Assembly: GCA_038087875.1 (NCBI GenBank)
Contig: CM075992.1
Span: 6,202,001-6,266,000, forward strand
Direction: 5' to 3'
From: Malacoraja senta
Lineage: Eukaryota
Length of the DNA: 64,000 bases
The notes below the pieces were generated by a model that was not told the origin of the DNA, did no database searches, and saw only the letters and a list, made by a program, of their open reading frames with translations. Shown piece after piece: positions 50,121 to 61,460 of this stretch; the first letter of the stretch is position 1, and every line of letters begins with the position of its first letter. Both the position numbers and the translations under genes were made by a program.

Positions 50121-51554
50121 TCTCTATCTGCAGTCAGTGTGGACTCAGTGGGCCGTAGGACCTGTTTCCATGCTGTATCTTTCAGTCAATTCAATCAAAA
50201 ACTGATTAAGCAAAGTATCATAATAACATAGAACATTCTTTTGTATAACATCCTGTTATTTTACCTTTTTTTAAACAGTGTGGGGGTTAATCTCATATTC
50301 TCGGAGACAGATGCTGTCCCTCTGATTCTGGTGGAGTTGGAGGGATGACAGTTCTGAGCAGCTGATTCTCCTGGCGTTCCTGATCTGAAAGAACGCTCTT
50401 AGTTCCGTTTATTTCGTTTAGAGATGCAACGCGGAAACAGGCCCTTCGGCCCACCGAGTCCGCACCGATCAGCGATCCCACACAAACTACACACTCTAAG
50501 GGCAATTTTGCATTTATACCCGGGCCAATTAACCTGCAAACCTGTACTTCTTTGAAGTGTGGGAGGAAATTGGAGATCCCGGAGAAAACCCACGCAGGTC
50601 ACGGGGAGAAGGTAGAAATACTGTACAGACAGCACCCGTGGTCAGGATTGAGCCTGGGTCTCTGGCGCTGTGAGGCAGCAACTCTACCACTGCTCCACCG
50701 TGCCTCCCAACTCAAACATCTCACTGAGAACTTTCTCTTTCTGCTGATGATCTGATCACCCATATCCTGTGCATCAAATGATTCTCTTGACTACTTTCCA
50801 CCTCGAGACATCAGCGTTCAAATCTTTGCAGCACCTGCAAAACAGAAGTCTTTGTGGGTGGCTCGTACATTTTCCGTTTATCTATCTCTCTCTATCTTTC
50901 CTGCTATCTCGTCCCCTCTCACCTTCTGAACCTGCCTGTCTCTCTCAAGCAAAACACAAAGTGCTGGGGTAACTCCAACAGGCTAACAGGCTTGTAGGAG
51001 TCTGTATTGAGTTTGTACCTTCTCCCCGTGGCCTGCGATGGCTTTCGCCTGGTGCTCCCGGTTTCCTCCCGCCACTCCAAAGATGTGCAGGTCTGCGGCT
51101 TAGTTGGCTTCGGTAAAAATTGTAAACTGTCCCTGGTGGGTAGGATAGTGCAAGTGTACGGGGTGATCGATGGACGGCGCAGACTCAGTGGGCAGAAGGG
51201 CCCATTTGCAAGCTGTATCTCTAGTCTAAGTTCTAAATGTAACGGTCAGGCAGCATCTTGGGAGGGAGATGGCCGTGTGGTATTTTGGGTCAGGATACTT
51301 ATTCACTAATTATAGTTGCGGGGGGGGGGGGGGAAGAGTTGGCAAAGAGAAGTGGGGGGGGGGTGAAAATGCCTGGCGAGTAATAGGTGGATACAGGTGA
51401 GGAGAGAGGTGGATTGGCAGAGGGGTGGACAAAGGCTAGAGGTGAAAAGGGGGCCAAAGTGTGTTGGATAATGGACTAGTGAAATGTAAAGCTAGAGGGA
51501 GGTGGTATGGGTGGAAGGGGATGACGGGAGGGGGAATATTGGGAGAAATATTCT

Positions 51555-52765
51555 GTGCCACCTCACCACACACAACTGACTGACTTCATCCACTTCACCA
51601 CTAACTTCCATCTGGCACTCAAATACACCTGGACCATTTCCGACACTTCACTACCATTCCTTGACCTCACTATCTCCATCGCAGGTGATAGACTTCTGAC
51701 CGACATCCACTATAAACCTACCGACTCCCATGGCTATCTGGACTACACTTCTTCCCACCCGGCTTCCTGTAAGGACTCCAGCCCCTACTCCCAATTCCTC
51801 CGTCTACGCCGCATCTGCTCCCAGGATGAGGCGTTCCACACCAGGGCATCCGAAATGTCCTCATTCTTCAGGGAACGGGGGTTCCCCTCCTCCACCATAG
51901 ATGAGGCTCGCACCAGGGTCTCTTCCATACCCGCAACACTGCTCTCTCTCCCCATCCCCCCCACTCGCGACAAGGGAAGAGTCCCCCTAGTCCTCACCTT
52001 TCACCCCACCAGCCGTCACATACAACAAGTAATCCTCCGTCAGTTTCGCCACCTCTAACGTGACCCCACCACTCGCCACATCTTCCCATCTGCCCCCATG
52101 TCTGCCTTCCGCAAAGACCGCTCCCTCCATAACTCCCTTGTCAATTCTTCCCTTCCTCCCGTACCACCCGCTCCCCAGGCACTTTCCCTTGCAACCGCAA
52201 GAGATGCAACACTTGTCCCTTCACCTCCCCCCTCGACTCCATTCAAGGACCCAAGCAGTCGTTCCAGGTGCGACAGAGGTTCACCTGCATCTCCTCCAAC
52301 CTCATCTATTGCATCCGCTGCTCTAGATGTCAGCTGATCTACATCGGTGAGACCAAGCGGAGGCTTGGCGATCGTTTCGCCGAACACCTCCGCTTGGTCT
52401 GCAATAACCAAACCTGACCTCCCGGTGGCTCAGCACTTCAACTCCCCCTCCCATTCCATATCCGACCTCTCTGTCCTGGGTCTCCTCCATGGCCACAGCG
52501 AGCAACACCGGAAATTGGAGAACAGCACCTCATATTCAGCTTGGGTAGTCTGCATCCTGGGGGCATGACAATGAATTCTCCCATTTTTGCTAGCCCTTGC
52601 TGTCCCCTCCCCTTCCTCAGCCCTCGGGCTCCTCCTCCGCCTTTTTCCTTTCTTCTCCCCACCCCCCATCAGTCTGAAGAAGGGTTTCAGCCGAAACGTT
52701 GCCTATTTCCTTCGCTCCATAGATGCTGCTGCACCCGCTGAGTTTCTCCAGCATTTTTGTGTATC
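51555..52765 (+). mobile_element. Penelope-like element 3' half: RT thumb, GIY-YIG endonuclease and tail; frameshifted
   Basis: LPFLDLTI...YKPTDSHGYLDYTSSHP...SQFLRLRRICS...VPLVLTFHP, then NLIYCIRCSRCQLIYIGETKRRLGDRFAEH (~52298-52390). Its tail matches the dispersed short repeat. Confidence 0.92.
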
Positions 52766-53186
52766 TTGGAGAAATTAATGTGCGCCAAGTTTAGGGCTGG
52801 GGGGGTCTCAGGAAGGTGGGGGGATATTACAAAGACATGCGGATTTGCAGATTAATTGGCCCTCTGGAAATAAGTTCATAGGAGCAGAATTAGGCCATTC
52901 GGCCTCTGGAGTTCACTCTGCCATTCAATCATGGCTAATCTATCTTTCACTCTCAACCCCATTCTCCTGCCTCTCCCCATGACCTTTGACATCCATACTA
53001 ATCTGTCCCCGCTTTAAAAAATACCCAATAGCCATCTGTGGCAATGAATTCCACAGATTCACCACCCCTCTGACTAAAGAACTTCCTCCTCATACTCTTC
53101 TCTAACAGTACGTCCTTTTATTCTGAGCCCTGTGGCCTGCTGACTGTCCAGACAGACGGACTTCTGCTGGAAACACTCAGATCCGG

Positions 53187-53386
53187 NNNNNNNNNNNNNN
53201 NNNNNNNNNNNNNNNNNNNNNNNNNNNNNNNNNNNNNNNNNNNNNNNNNNNNNNNNNNNNNNNNNNNNNNNNNNNNNNNNNNNNNNNNNNNNNNNNNNNN
53301 NNNNNNNNNNNNNNNNNNNNNNNNNNNNNNNNNNNNNNNNNNNNNNNNNNNNNNNNNNNNNNNNNNNNNNNNNNNNNNNNNNNNNN
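53187..53386. other. Assembly gap (200 N)
   Basis: Run of N. Confidence 1.
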
Positions 53387-56300
53387 GGACTGAGATGTGG
53401 GAAAAAAAATTCACCCAGAGTTGTGAATCTCGAATTCTCTGCTACAGAAGGCAGTGGAGGCCAATTCACTGGATGTTTTCAAGAGAGAGTTAGATTTAGC
53501 TCTTTGTGCTAACGGAATCAAGGGAGACGGGGAGAAAGCAGGAACGGGGAACTGATTGTGGATGATCAGCCATGATCACATTGAAGGGCCAAATGGCCTA
53601 CTCCTGCCCCTATTTGCCATGTTTCTAGCTGACCCGCTGAGTTACACCAGCAGTTTGAGTTCTACGCCTCTTTTAATGTGCATTGCTCATCCTCACCATT
53701 GCCCCATCCAGATCCTCTTACGTCCAAACATCAACGCTCTGGATAATAATAGAAATGTACTGAAGATGCGGCAAAAATATTAGCATTTATATAGCATTTT
53801 CTCCCATCCCCAAAGCCTCCTACTGTTGGAGACCGGACATTGTACCCATGCAGTTATGACCCTGTGTGGTATCGGGAAAATCACCAAATTAATCCTTCTG
53901 ATGTGAAGTAAATGTAGAAAGCTTACTTTACCATTGGTTGTGGTTGAGAATGTTGATGAAAGCGATAAAAGTAATAATCTAATGATAAAATAGTTTAATG
54001 ATAAATTCAATGACAAATTGAAATAATAAATGTAACAATTTAAATGATGGTTAAAATAATTTAAATGATAAATGTAGTAATTAAATGATAATAGAAAATA
54101 ATTTAAATGATAAATTTAATACTAATTTAAATGATAAATGTAATAATAATTTAATGATACATTTAATGAAAAAAGTAATAATTTAATAAATAATCTAATG
54201 ATAAAAGTCAGAATTTGATCATTTAGCTGGCTGCATTGATTTGACTAAGGACCATCAATATATTTGTAATATTTAGAATATGGATAATATTTTTATCTTT
54301 AAAGTAATTTTCTGATACAGAAAGAAATGACCAGTTCAGATTATTCCTATCTTTAATTTTTAAATTTTTCACATAGCCCGTGTTTACATTCTAATCATTT
54401 TAAAACTGATTTATCTTGACTGTAGACACAAAAGCTGGAGTAACTCAGCGGGACAGGCAGTATCTCTGGAGAGAAGGAATGGGTGATGTTTTGGGTTGAG
54501 AGCCTTCTTCAGACCTAGTCTGTAGAGGACTCTGGCAGCTGTAAATGGTTTGTTTTATGGGGAGGGTTTTTCCCTGCTGGAAAATAATTTGATTTGCATG
54601 GCTCCCAGAGGAAGGGAAGATTGCGAGTCAGACAAAGAGATGGGATTGGGGGGTAAGGAAGCGTGGAGAGGTGGTGGTGGGGTGAGGGGGAGATATCACA
54701 GGAGGGAACCCTGAGGATGCTACAAATGAAAGGGGAGGAGGGGGGAAGAGAAACAGGGAGACGGACAAAATGAAAAGCCGGGAGGCAAATTAAGTGGGAA
54801 TAACTAAACACAAAGACCACGCGGTCATGATGCTGCAGGCACGGGGGAAGATGCACGGGAATTGTGAGCAGACTGAAAAATGACGTGAGAGAGAGAGAGG
54901 AGGGGGAAGGAGAGACACAGAGGGCGAGGAAGGAGATACTGAGATGAAGGAAGATACAGATGGGGAGAGAGAGAGAGAGAGAGGGAGATGAAGGAAGATA
55001 CAGATGGGGAGAGAGAGAGAGAGAGAGGGGAGGAGAGAGGGGGAATGAGAGAGAAAGAGGGGGGGAGGGTAAGAGAGAGGGGGAAAGGAGAGAAAGAGAG
55101 GGGGTGGAAGGAGAGAGAGGAAAAGAGTCCACACATGGAGGGAGATGAACGGACTGAGAAAGGGATAAAAGAATGGGAGGGAGGTGGGGGGAAGAAAGGA
55201 GTTCACACACACACACACGCACGCGCACGCACACGCACAGACACACACACACGGACACACACACTCGGACACACGCGGACACACACACACACGCGCACAC
55301 GCACACACGAGGGAGAAACTATGAACAGAGTGAGAACGGGAGAGAACAAGAAAGGGGTGGAAAAGAGTACACACACGGTCGGAGAGGAAGAATGAACAGT
55401 GATGAAAGGGTGAAAGAACAAGAGGGAGGAAAGGAGAGAACACACACGGACACGCACACACGGACACGCACACACGGACACACACACACACACACTCGGA
55501 CACACACACATAGACACACACACGGACACACACAGACACACACACACAGTCACAGACACACACGGACACAGACACGGACACATACACACACGGAGACACG
55601 GACACACACGCAGACACACGGACACGGACACAAACAGACACAGACACACATAGACACAGATAAAGAAAGAGCGAACTGTAAAAAGGATACAAGAACAAGA
55701 GAGGGATGAGTTGAAGGTACAGAGAGAGGGAGAATGATCAGTCTGATAGAGATAAAAGAACGAGGGGGGAGGAAAGGAGAGAGAGAGAGAGAGAAAGAAT
55801 GTATAGACTGCAAAAAGGATAAAAGAACGAGGGGGGGGGGGGGCAAGAAAAGAGTGCACACACGGACAGAGAGGAAGAATGAACAGGTGTCGAGGCAAAT
55901 AATCCCCAGGAGCCGTCTAGACGCTTTTAATGCCTTATTATCCAGCAACGTTGCTGAGGATGGACCTTTAACCTAGCTTCCCCCTTCCCCTTCCCTCCCG
56001 GCAGCCGCAGGTGCCGGCTCCTGCCCTCCCTCCCTCCACTCTGGGACACAGATGAGAGAGTAGATCTGTTCCCCTTCCTCCCCTTCCTCCCCTCCCTCTC
56101 CCCTCCCCCTCCCCCTCCGCCTCCGCCTCCGCCTCCGCCTCCCCCTTCCCTCTTCCCTCTTCCCTTCCCCTCTCCCTCTCCCTCCATCCCTCTCTCCCCT
56201 CCCCTCCCCCCGTCCTACCCCCCCCACTCTCCCCCTCCATCCCTCTCTCCCCTCCCCTCCCCCTCCATCCTCCACCTCTCCCTCCATCCCTCTCTCCTCT

Positions 56301-56747
56301 CCCCTCCCCCCCTCTACCTACCTCCCCTTCTCCCCCTCTCCCTCCATCCCTCTCTCCCCTCCCCTCCCCCCCTTCCTACCCCCCCCCCCCACTCTCCCCC
56401 TCTCTCCCTCTCCCCCTCTCCCTCGCTCTCTTTGCCAACCCATGATCTCCAAAGATGCTGCCTGACCGACAAAGAAGTGTATTTGGTGCTTGATTAACAG
56501 GACCTGGTTCAGGGCAGTCTGCGTGATGGGACGGTGTGTGCCTGCCCCCCCCCCCCCCTCCCGATAAACGAGCACTGATCTCGGTGGGCTGTGATTGTGA
56601 ACCATAGTGTGGTGCATTGTGGTGCAGGGCCACTGGGGCTGCGTTGCTGTTGCTGACTGCCCACGGCTACCGCAGCTCGTGCATTGGCCGTCCTTCACTG
56701 AATGCGCTGGCTGCTCCCTAAACTGACTCGCCCCTTTGCCTCTGCAG

Positions 56748-56829
56748 CGCCTCCCATCCCGAAATCCCCCGGGTCTGTGTGGACGCGGAAAGACTCCAGC
56801 TCCTCCTCCTCCTTACGCCGGCCATGGCG
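56748..56829 (+). CDS. Candidate first coding exon of an unidentified host gene (5' UTR plus ATG GCG at 56824-56829)
   Basis: Branch-like CTGAC (56723), acceptor CCCCTTTGCCTCTGCAG, Kozak GCCGGCCATGG and donor GCG|GTGAGT, in a CpG-richer unique island. Confidence 0.5.
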
Positions 56830-59800
56830 GTGAGTGAGACCACAGCCTGTTCACCATACATGGCGTCGCAGCCTAACCAGATGTTGCACATCACGGTTGG
56901 CACGGCGGCGCAGCGGTAGAGTTGGTGCCTCACAGCGCCAGAGACCCGGGTTCCATCCTGACTACGGCTGCTGTCTGTACGGAGTTTGTACGTTCTCACC
57001 GTGACCTGCCTGGCTTTTCTCTGGAAGCTGCAGTTTCTTCCCACACACCAAAGACTACAGGTTTGTAGGCTAATTGGCTCGGTAAAATTGTAAAAGTGTC
57101 CCTAGTGTGTGTGGGATAGTGTTAGCGTTCAGGAATCGCTGGTGGGCGCAGACTCGGTGGGCCGAAGGGCCTGTTTCTGCACTGTATCTCTAAACTAAAC
57201 CAAACTAAACTAAAAATCGGAATGAGGAGGAGACATGAAATGCCGGAGTAACTAAGCGGGTGAGGCAGCATCTGCGAAGGAAAGAAGGATTGGCGGCGTT
57301 TCGGGTCAAGACCCTTCATCAGACTTTTTCGGTCTCTCAGTCTGAACAAGGGTCTCGACCCGAAACGTCGCCAATTCCTTCTCTCCATAGACGCTTCCTC
57401 ACCCGCTGAGTTACTCCAGCATTTTGCGTCTACCTAAAAATCGGAATGGTGTCTGGATTGGAAGGTAATAGCTATAAGGTTAGGGTGGACAAACTTAGTT
57501 AGTTGAGTTTAGTTGATTGTCACTTGTACCGAGGTACAGTGAAAAGCTTTTCTTGCATGGTAACCAGTCAGCGGAAAGACAATACGTGATTACAATCGAG
57601 CCGTCCACAGTGTACATATGCATCTTAAAGGGAATAGTGCAAGGTAAAGTCCAGCAAAGCCCAGCTAGAGACAGTCTGAGGGAGCCCAACATCTGCATTT
57701 CCCCTTCACTGCATTCCTCTAGTACCGTGGTGACCCCCACACTTCCCAAACCCAATGAGTTGCTGCTGTTCATGTGTAGGGTCTAGAGGTGGGCGGCATT
57801 TTGCGCAAAGAATATCAAATGAACTGCCCTGGGACAAATGATGTGTGGCTCATCAATGACGTTGATCACTCTGGAGATTGTCCCTGCCATTCTGAGTACG
57901 TGGTGCCAGAAGTCCCGTCTGAAGAAGGGTCTCGACCCGAAATGTCACCCATTCCTTCTCTCCAGAGATGCTGCCTGTCCTGCTGAGTTACTCCACCATT
58001 TTGTGTCTACCTAGTTTACTTGAGAAATTCAGCGCACATAAAGGCCCTTCGGCCTCTGAATCTGTGCCGACCAGTGATCACCTGTACACCAGGGGTAGTT
58101 TACCCCTGGTGTGTGGTTCTATCCTACATACGTGGAGTAAAGAAACCAATTAACCTACAAACCCGCAGGTCTTTGGAGTGTGGGGGGAAACCGGAGCACC
58201 CGGAGAAAACCCACGTGGTCACTGGGTGAACACGCAAACTCCACACAGACAGTGCCTGTGGTCAGGATGGAACCCGGGTCTCTGGCGCTGTGAGGCAGCA
58301 ACTCTGCCGCCGTGCCGCCATCTTGACGCTTGGGCCCTGCAAATCTTTCCTGTGTCCCATTGGCTGGCCGCGCAAACATCTGTCACACCGCTGTTTCTCC
58401 TCCGTTTCCATGAACGAACAAATCATCGTGGAAAGGGAAATAAAAGGTAATTTCATTCACATTTCCCCAGAGGCGCTTCTCAATCAGTGGTAGCCGAGGA
58501 AGGCTGAACTGCGGGGCCAATGCTGTGGGGTTTGTGGCCCGGTAGTGATTTCAATGTTGCGTTTGGCTTGCACGTCAGGTTGGATTGTCAGGACCCAGTG
58601 CCCACGTCAACCCCCTCTCCTCGTCCCCACTGCCCTTGGAATAAAACGTGAAGGCACGTCGCCAGCCTTGCAGCCATCCCTGCCCTTCCGTGATATTAAG
58701 TCTACACGCACGCTGCCTCTTGTCACAAAGGATCTGCCGAGACGTGATGTCGCCAAAGGCTCAACAGTGCCACGCAGTCTGGAAGAGTGTTGAGCCATAA
58801 TATTTCCCCAGCCTCCATTGGAGGTGGTGCAGTGGTAGAGTTGCTGCCTTACAGCGCCAGAGATCCATGTTCCATCCTGCCTACGGGTGCTGTCTGTGCA
58901 GAGTTTGCACGTTCCCCTTGCTACTGTACCTTAACTGGTACATGTGACAATTAAATTGAATCTTGAATCTTGACCACGTGGGTTTTCTCCGGGTGCTCCG
59001 GTTTCATCCCGCACCTCAAAGACGTACAGGTTTGAAGGTTAATTGGCTTCAGTAACTTTGTCAATTGTCCCTGGTGGGCCATAGGGCCTTATCCCGCTCT
59101 GTATCTCTAGACCTACAGGGTTGGGTGGCGTGGACTCGGAGGGCCGAAGGGGCAGTTTGCATTCTGTACAACTTTAAACCAAACCAAATGAAGACTTGCC
59201 CAAGTGTTTAAGAAGGAACTGCAGATGCTGGAAAAATCGAAGGTAGACAAAAAACTGCTGGAGGAACTCAGCGGGTGCAGCAGCATCTATGGAGCGAAGG
59301 AAATAGGCAACGTTTCGGCCCGAAACGTTGCCTATTTCCTTCGCTCCATAGATGCTGCTGCACCCGCTGAGTTTCTCCAGTACTTTTGTCTACCTCCGAA
59401 GACTTTTGCAAGCCTTGCGATTGTTGAGTTGGCCTGGAACATTTCCTCATCGCTGCCCTTTGGATGCAACTCTCATTCCCTATCTCATGTTACCTCCCCT
59501 GGCATTCAAAACCGCCTCTGTGAAACCAGTCATTGGCAGGGATTATTGCTGCCGTTTCCTTTGCAACCCTGCTTTCAAAAACTTCGCCAGGTCACCTTGA
59601 ACTCTTGCAGCTTTCCAAAGCAAACGAGTGCATTTCCTTTCAGCCAAGGCTGCACAGTTAAATCACTGTCAAGTGGCGTTTGTGAGCAGAACCAAGCCAT
59701 CCAGAGTATAAACCCAGTACTGGGTAAAATGCACTTAGACGGCAGTACTTGTAGCTGGCAGAAGCTGTTCCCTCACAGCGCCCGAGACCCAGGTTCCACC

Positions 59801-59936
59801 CTGACCTCGGCTGCTGCCCGTGTGTGGAGTTTGCACGTTCTCCCTGTGACTGTGTGGGTTTCCTCCGGGTGCTCAGGTTTCCTCCCACATTCTATTGATA
59901 ATCTGGGCTTCCTCTCTCGTCAAATGGTAGGCGCAT

Positions 59937-61460
59937 TTCTTTTTTTTAAATGTTTTTTTTTTTTTTTGAAAATATTTTTTATTGGAGATAAGTACACAAC
60001 CTATTAACATCATTACAGTCTTACATTTTTAAATTGATAATATTATCAATTATTATTACATTGTCTCCAATACCTTTTGCCTTTTTTTTAAATTTTAAAC
60101 TAGATAGAACTAAAAAGATAGATGAAGTAAAGAAAGAAAAGAAAGAGAAGTAAAAGAGAGAAAAAAAAAAAAAAAAAACACAAAAAAAAACACACAAAAA
60201 AAATTAAAAATAAATAAAAAGAGAAAGATAGTTAAAGAAGAGTGGAAAAATTTATTAAAATAAAAAACTTCATTCGAGATATATTCGTACATTTTTTTAA
60301 AATGTTTTAATATTTTTTTATTAGAAGCAAGTACATAATAACATTTCATATATATCAATCATACATTACAAATATTATCAATTATTTAATAACTCTGCTT
60401 CCATTTTTTTTTTTTATATAGATAGAAAATAATAAAGAGAAAGAGAAAAAAAAGCATGGTAAAAAAGAATGGAATCATTTACTAATACTACAACATTGGA
60501 GATAGGTTTACAGATTATTAAGTATAACTTATCTAATCCTGAGCTCGAGCTTCAGTCAGTTTTCCGTGCCGAACCATTCTACCCCTTCAAATAGTCGATA
60601 AATGGAGACCATATTCTGACACAAAAGTTCTTGTTTGTCCATTAAGACAAGTCTAATTCTTTTCAAATGTAATGTCTCCGACATTTCCATAATCCACATT
60701 TTAATTGTGGGAGTTATAGGGCCTTTCCAAAATTTTAATATTGATTTTTTCCCCCAGTTATAATACTATAGTCGAGAAAGTTTCATTGGCTTGTAGTAAG
60801 TGTAAAAGGCCTGTCTCACGAGTCTGCGGTCTATGGCGGCGAAACGGGAAGAATCTGCCGCCATAGACCGCGCACTCGTGAGAAGGTACAATTCCCGGGC
60901 CGTGCAGCAGTGTTCCCAACACCGCGCGGTGCTAAAATAAAATCGACAATGTCCAAAACTAAATACTCACCGCACAACCTCCACCAGTGATGAACGAGTG
61001 CAGCACGGCCGCTCGCACGGGCCGCCGCCAGTGTGGCTCGAGCGCCGTGCGTCAAACCTCCACTGCCACAGCCAGTGAGGCACGTGCCGCCGCCAGTGAG
61101 GCACGGCCGCTCACACGGGCCGCCGCCAGTATGGCTCGAGCGCCGTGCGTCAAACCTCCACCGCCACAGCTGCCGCTGGTGAGTCACGTGCGGCGGGCCG
61201 ACGTCATCGCAGTCAGACCGCCCTTTTATTTACTTACCGCAAGCACGTGGGACCCGCCGTGTTTGAATTAACTCGGCCCCCGCACAGCATCCGTGCGGCG
61301 CTCCGGTGGATAGGCTCGACGCTCTCGCCGTTGCCGCGCGGTCCTCGCTACCGGCGACGCCGCGCTTCACCGCCGATGACCGCAGACAGGTAAGACAGAG
61401 CCTTTAGGCTTTGTTCTGATATTCCTAATATTATTAGTTTTGAGTCGGGATCCAATTGGG
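59937..61460 (-). mobile_element. L1 LINE 3' end with AT-rich UTR, split by a MITE
   Basis: Minus strand gives LDPDSKLIILGISE ... KKSILKFWKGPITPTIKMWIMEM...; poly(T) on the + strand at ~59937-59970. Confidence 0.7.
60807..61403. mobile_element. CpG-rich MITE with ~35-bp imperfect TIRs and an internal ~70-bp direct repeat
   Basis: AGGCCTGTCTCACGAGTCTGCGGTCTATGGCGGCGAA / TTCACCGCCGATGACCGCAGACAGGTAAGACAGAGCCT. L1 sequence continues on both sides. Confidence 0.78.

Noticed and set aside
59204..60007. 267-aa ORF
   Set aside because: It is a chimera of a Penelope palindrome, unique sequence, a SINE and an L1 poly(T); no ATG start or recognisable domain.
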